The position numbers and the translations under genes are program-made. Under the pieces are notes generated by a model, which was not told the origin of the DNA, ran no database searches, and saw nothing but the letters and a program-made list of their open reading frames with translations. Shown here one piece after another: positions 62,430-64,000 of a stretch of DNA of 64,000 nucleotides. Source of the DNA: Octopus sinensis. Its lineage: Eukaryota. The stretch's first letter is position 1; every line of letters begins with the position of its first letter. The stretch lies in the NCBI RefSeq assembly GCF_006345805.1, contig NC_042997.1, positions 154,132,001 to 154,196,000 of the forward strand. Direction: 5' to 3'.

Positions 62430-64000
62430 TAGGAAAGACAAACAACACTAAAAATATAGGAGACACTAACATATTGATATATATGGGAGGAGTTGTAGTT
62501 ACTAGAAGATTAGATATTCTACAAGGAAAGATTAGAAAAGAGCAAATGTGAAAAAGGAGATTACAAAATAAAGTGAAGATTTTAAGACAAGATCTGAGTA
62601 GAATAGAAGCCTGGAAACTGAATAATCTAGGAAACACAAGATTTAAATCTCTTGAGAAAAGATACTTACTCAAAGAGAAAGGATTTGGAACGCTCATAGA
62701 AGAGGTGAAACAACGTATCATAGCAGTAGCAGATAAGCTTTCCAGATATCAGAAAAGAATAGATCAGTATCAACAGAATAGATTATTTGAGACAGACCAG
62801 AGTAGATTTTATAACTAAATGAATAATGGAGAAGAAAGTACTGAAAATGAGAAATATAATATAGAAGAAGCTAGAACCTTCTGGAGTAATATTTGGAGAT
62901 GCAATATGGTTTTAAAAAGTGAGGGCAGAAGTAGTGAGTAAGAAGCAGCAGCCAGATCTAAGACTAACTATTGCATTAATGAGTAAAGTATTAGGAAAAA
63001 TGCCGAAATGGAAGGACCTAGGACCAGATTTAGTTCAAGGGTACTGGTTAAAGAAATTTAGTAGTTTACATGGGAGGCTGAGGGAACAACTTCAGTATTG
63101 CCTTAATGTAAGAATAATACCAGATTGGATGACCAGAGGAAGAACAATACTCCTTATGAAAGATAAAAGCTAATGTAATACAGCAAGCAATTATAGACCA
63201 ATCACTAGCTTACCATTAGTGTTGAAGCTGTTGACTGGAATGCTTTCAGAAAGCATTTACGAGCTCCTTGGTAACAAGACTTTACTGCCAGAAGAACAGA
63301 AAGGTTACAGGAAGAATGCTAGAAGAACGTATGGTCAATGAAGAAATTCGAAATGAAATAAAAGCTAGAAAGAACAATAGCATGGGAAGACTACAAGAAC
63401 GCTTATGACATGATCTCACACTCATGTATAAATGAATGTTTGAGTATATTCAGCAAAGCAAACAACATAAGAGAATTAATTAGCTTTAGCATGAAGAAAT
63501 GGAAAGTAGATCTCTACTCAGTTTTAAGAAAGATTAATATCGAGAGGAATTTTCCAAGGAGACTCGTTATCCTCTTTAATATTTGTCTTATGTTTGATCC
63601 TTCTCAGTTTAGTATTAAGGAAGGCAAAGGCAAGGCATCAGTTCAGAAATAGTAAGGCAAAAACTAACCATTTGTTCTACATGGATGATCTGAAGCTTTT
63701 TAGTAAGAATGTAAAAGGGATAGATTCCTTAATACAGACTGTAACATTCTTCAGCAAAGATATAGGCATGGATTTTGGCATGGATAAGTGTGCAATATTA
63801 GTCATGAAAAGGGGACATGTAGTCAACAGTTACGTATCCAATTACCAGATGGTCAGACATTAAAATCATTAAAAGTGTTATAAGTATCTAGGAATATTAA
63901 AATCTGACATAGTACTAACTATAGAAATGAAAATGAAAATGAAAATGAAAATGAAAATTGAAGAGTATATCGGAAGGGTAAGGAAGCATTAAGGACTAAC
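62430..64000 (+). mobile_element. Degenerate R4/Dong-type LINE RT region, runs off the window
   Basis: QYQQNRLFETDQSRFY; GPDLVQGYWLKKF; NYRPI; YKNAYDMISH; NHLFYMDDLKLF; FGMDKCA. Confidence 0.85.

Overview
AT-rich, microsatellite-dense animal DNA. The SINE families and repeat landscape look like a coleoid cephalopod, probably Octopus (inference from recall, no search run). One host gene is present: a + strand SLC38A7/8-like amino-acid transporter. I traced eight phase-compatible GT-AG coding exons (22982..60935, about 420 aa); the last exon lies beyond the window. The rest is mobile DNA: a near-complete Tx1-clade LINE inserted in a (TC)n microsatellite plus two diverged relatives; CR1-, RTE- and R4/Dong-type LINE fragments; Penelope-like (PLE) fragments of about three lineages; mariner and Tigger remnants; an intact Merlin (IS1016/IS1595-like) transposase; a solo LTR; MITEs; Helitron-like repeats; about 20 tRNA-derived SINE copies; and a tRNA-Gln pseudogene. 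Highlights: (i) seven hammerhead-ribozyme-like motifs in two repeat families, both with palindromic (dimer-type) stem III and one with covariation; (ii) two near-perfect, almost spacerless palindromes (678 bp and 396 bp), the second ending 2 nt before the ATG of the intact Merlin transposase; (iii) the TC-repeat-targeted Tx1 element, which may share an in-frame TAG in ORF2 with a diverged relative; (iv) atypical TM1/TM6 motifs in the transporter. No CRISPR array or rRNA was seen. Most short ORFs in the track are microsatellite or antisense artefacts. TE boundaries are approximate unless a TSD or TIR is quoted.
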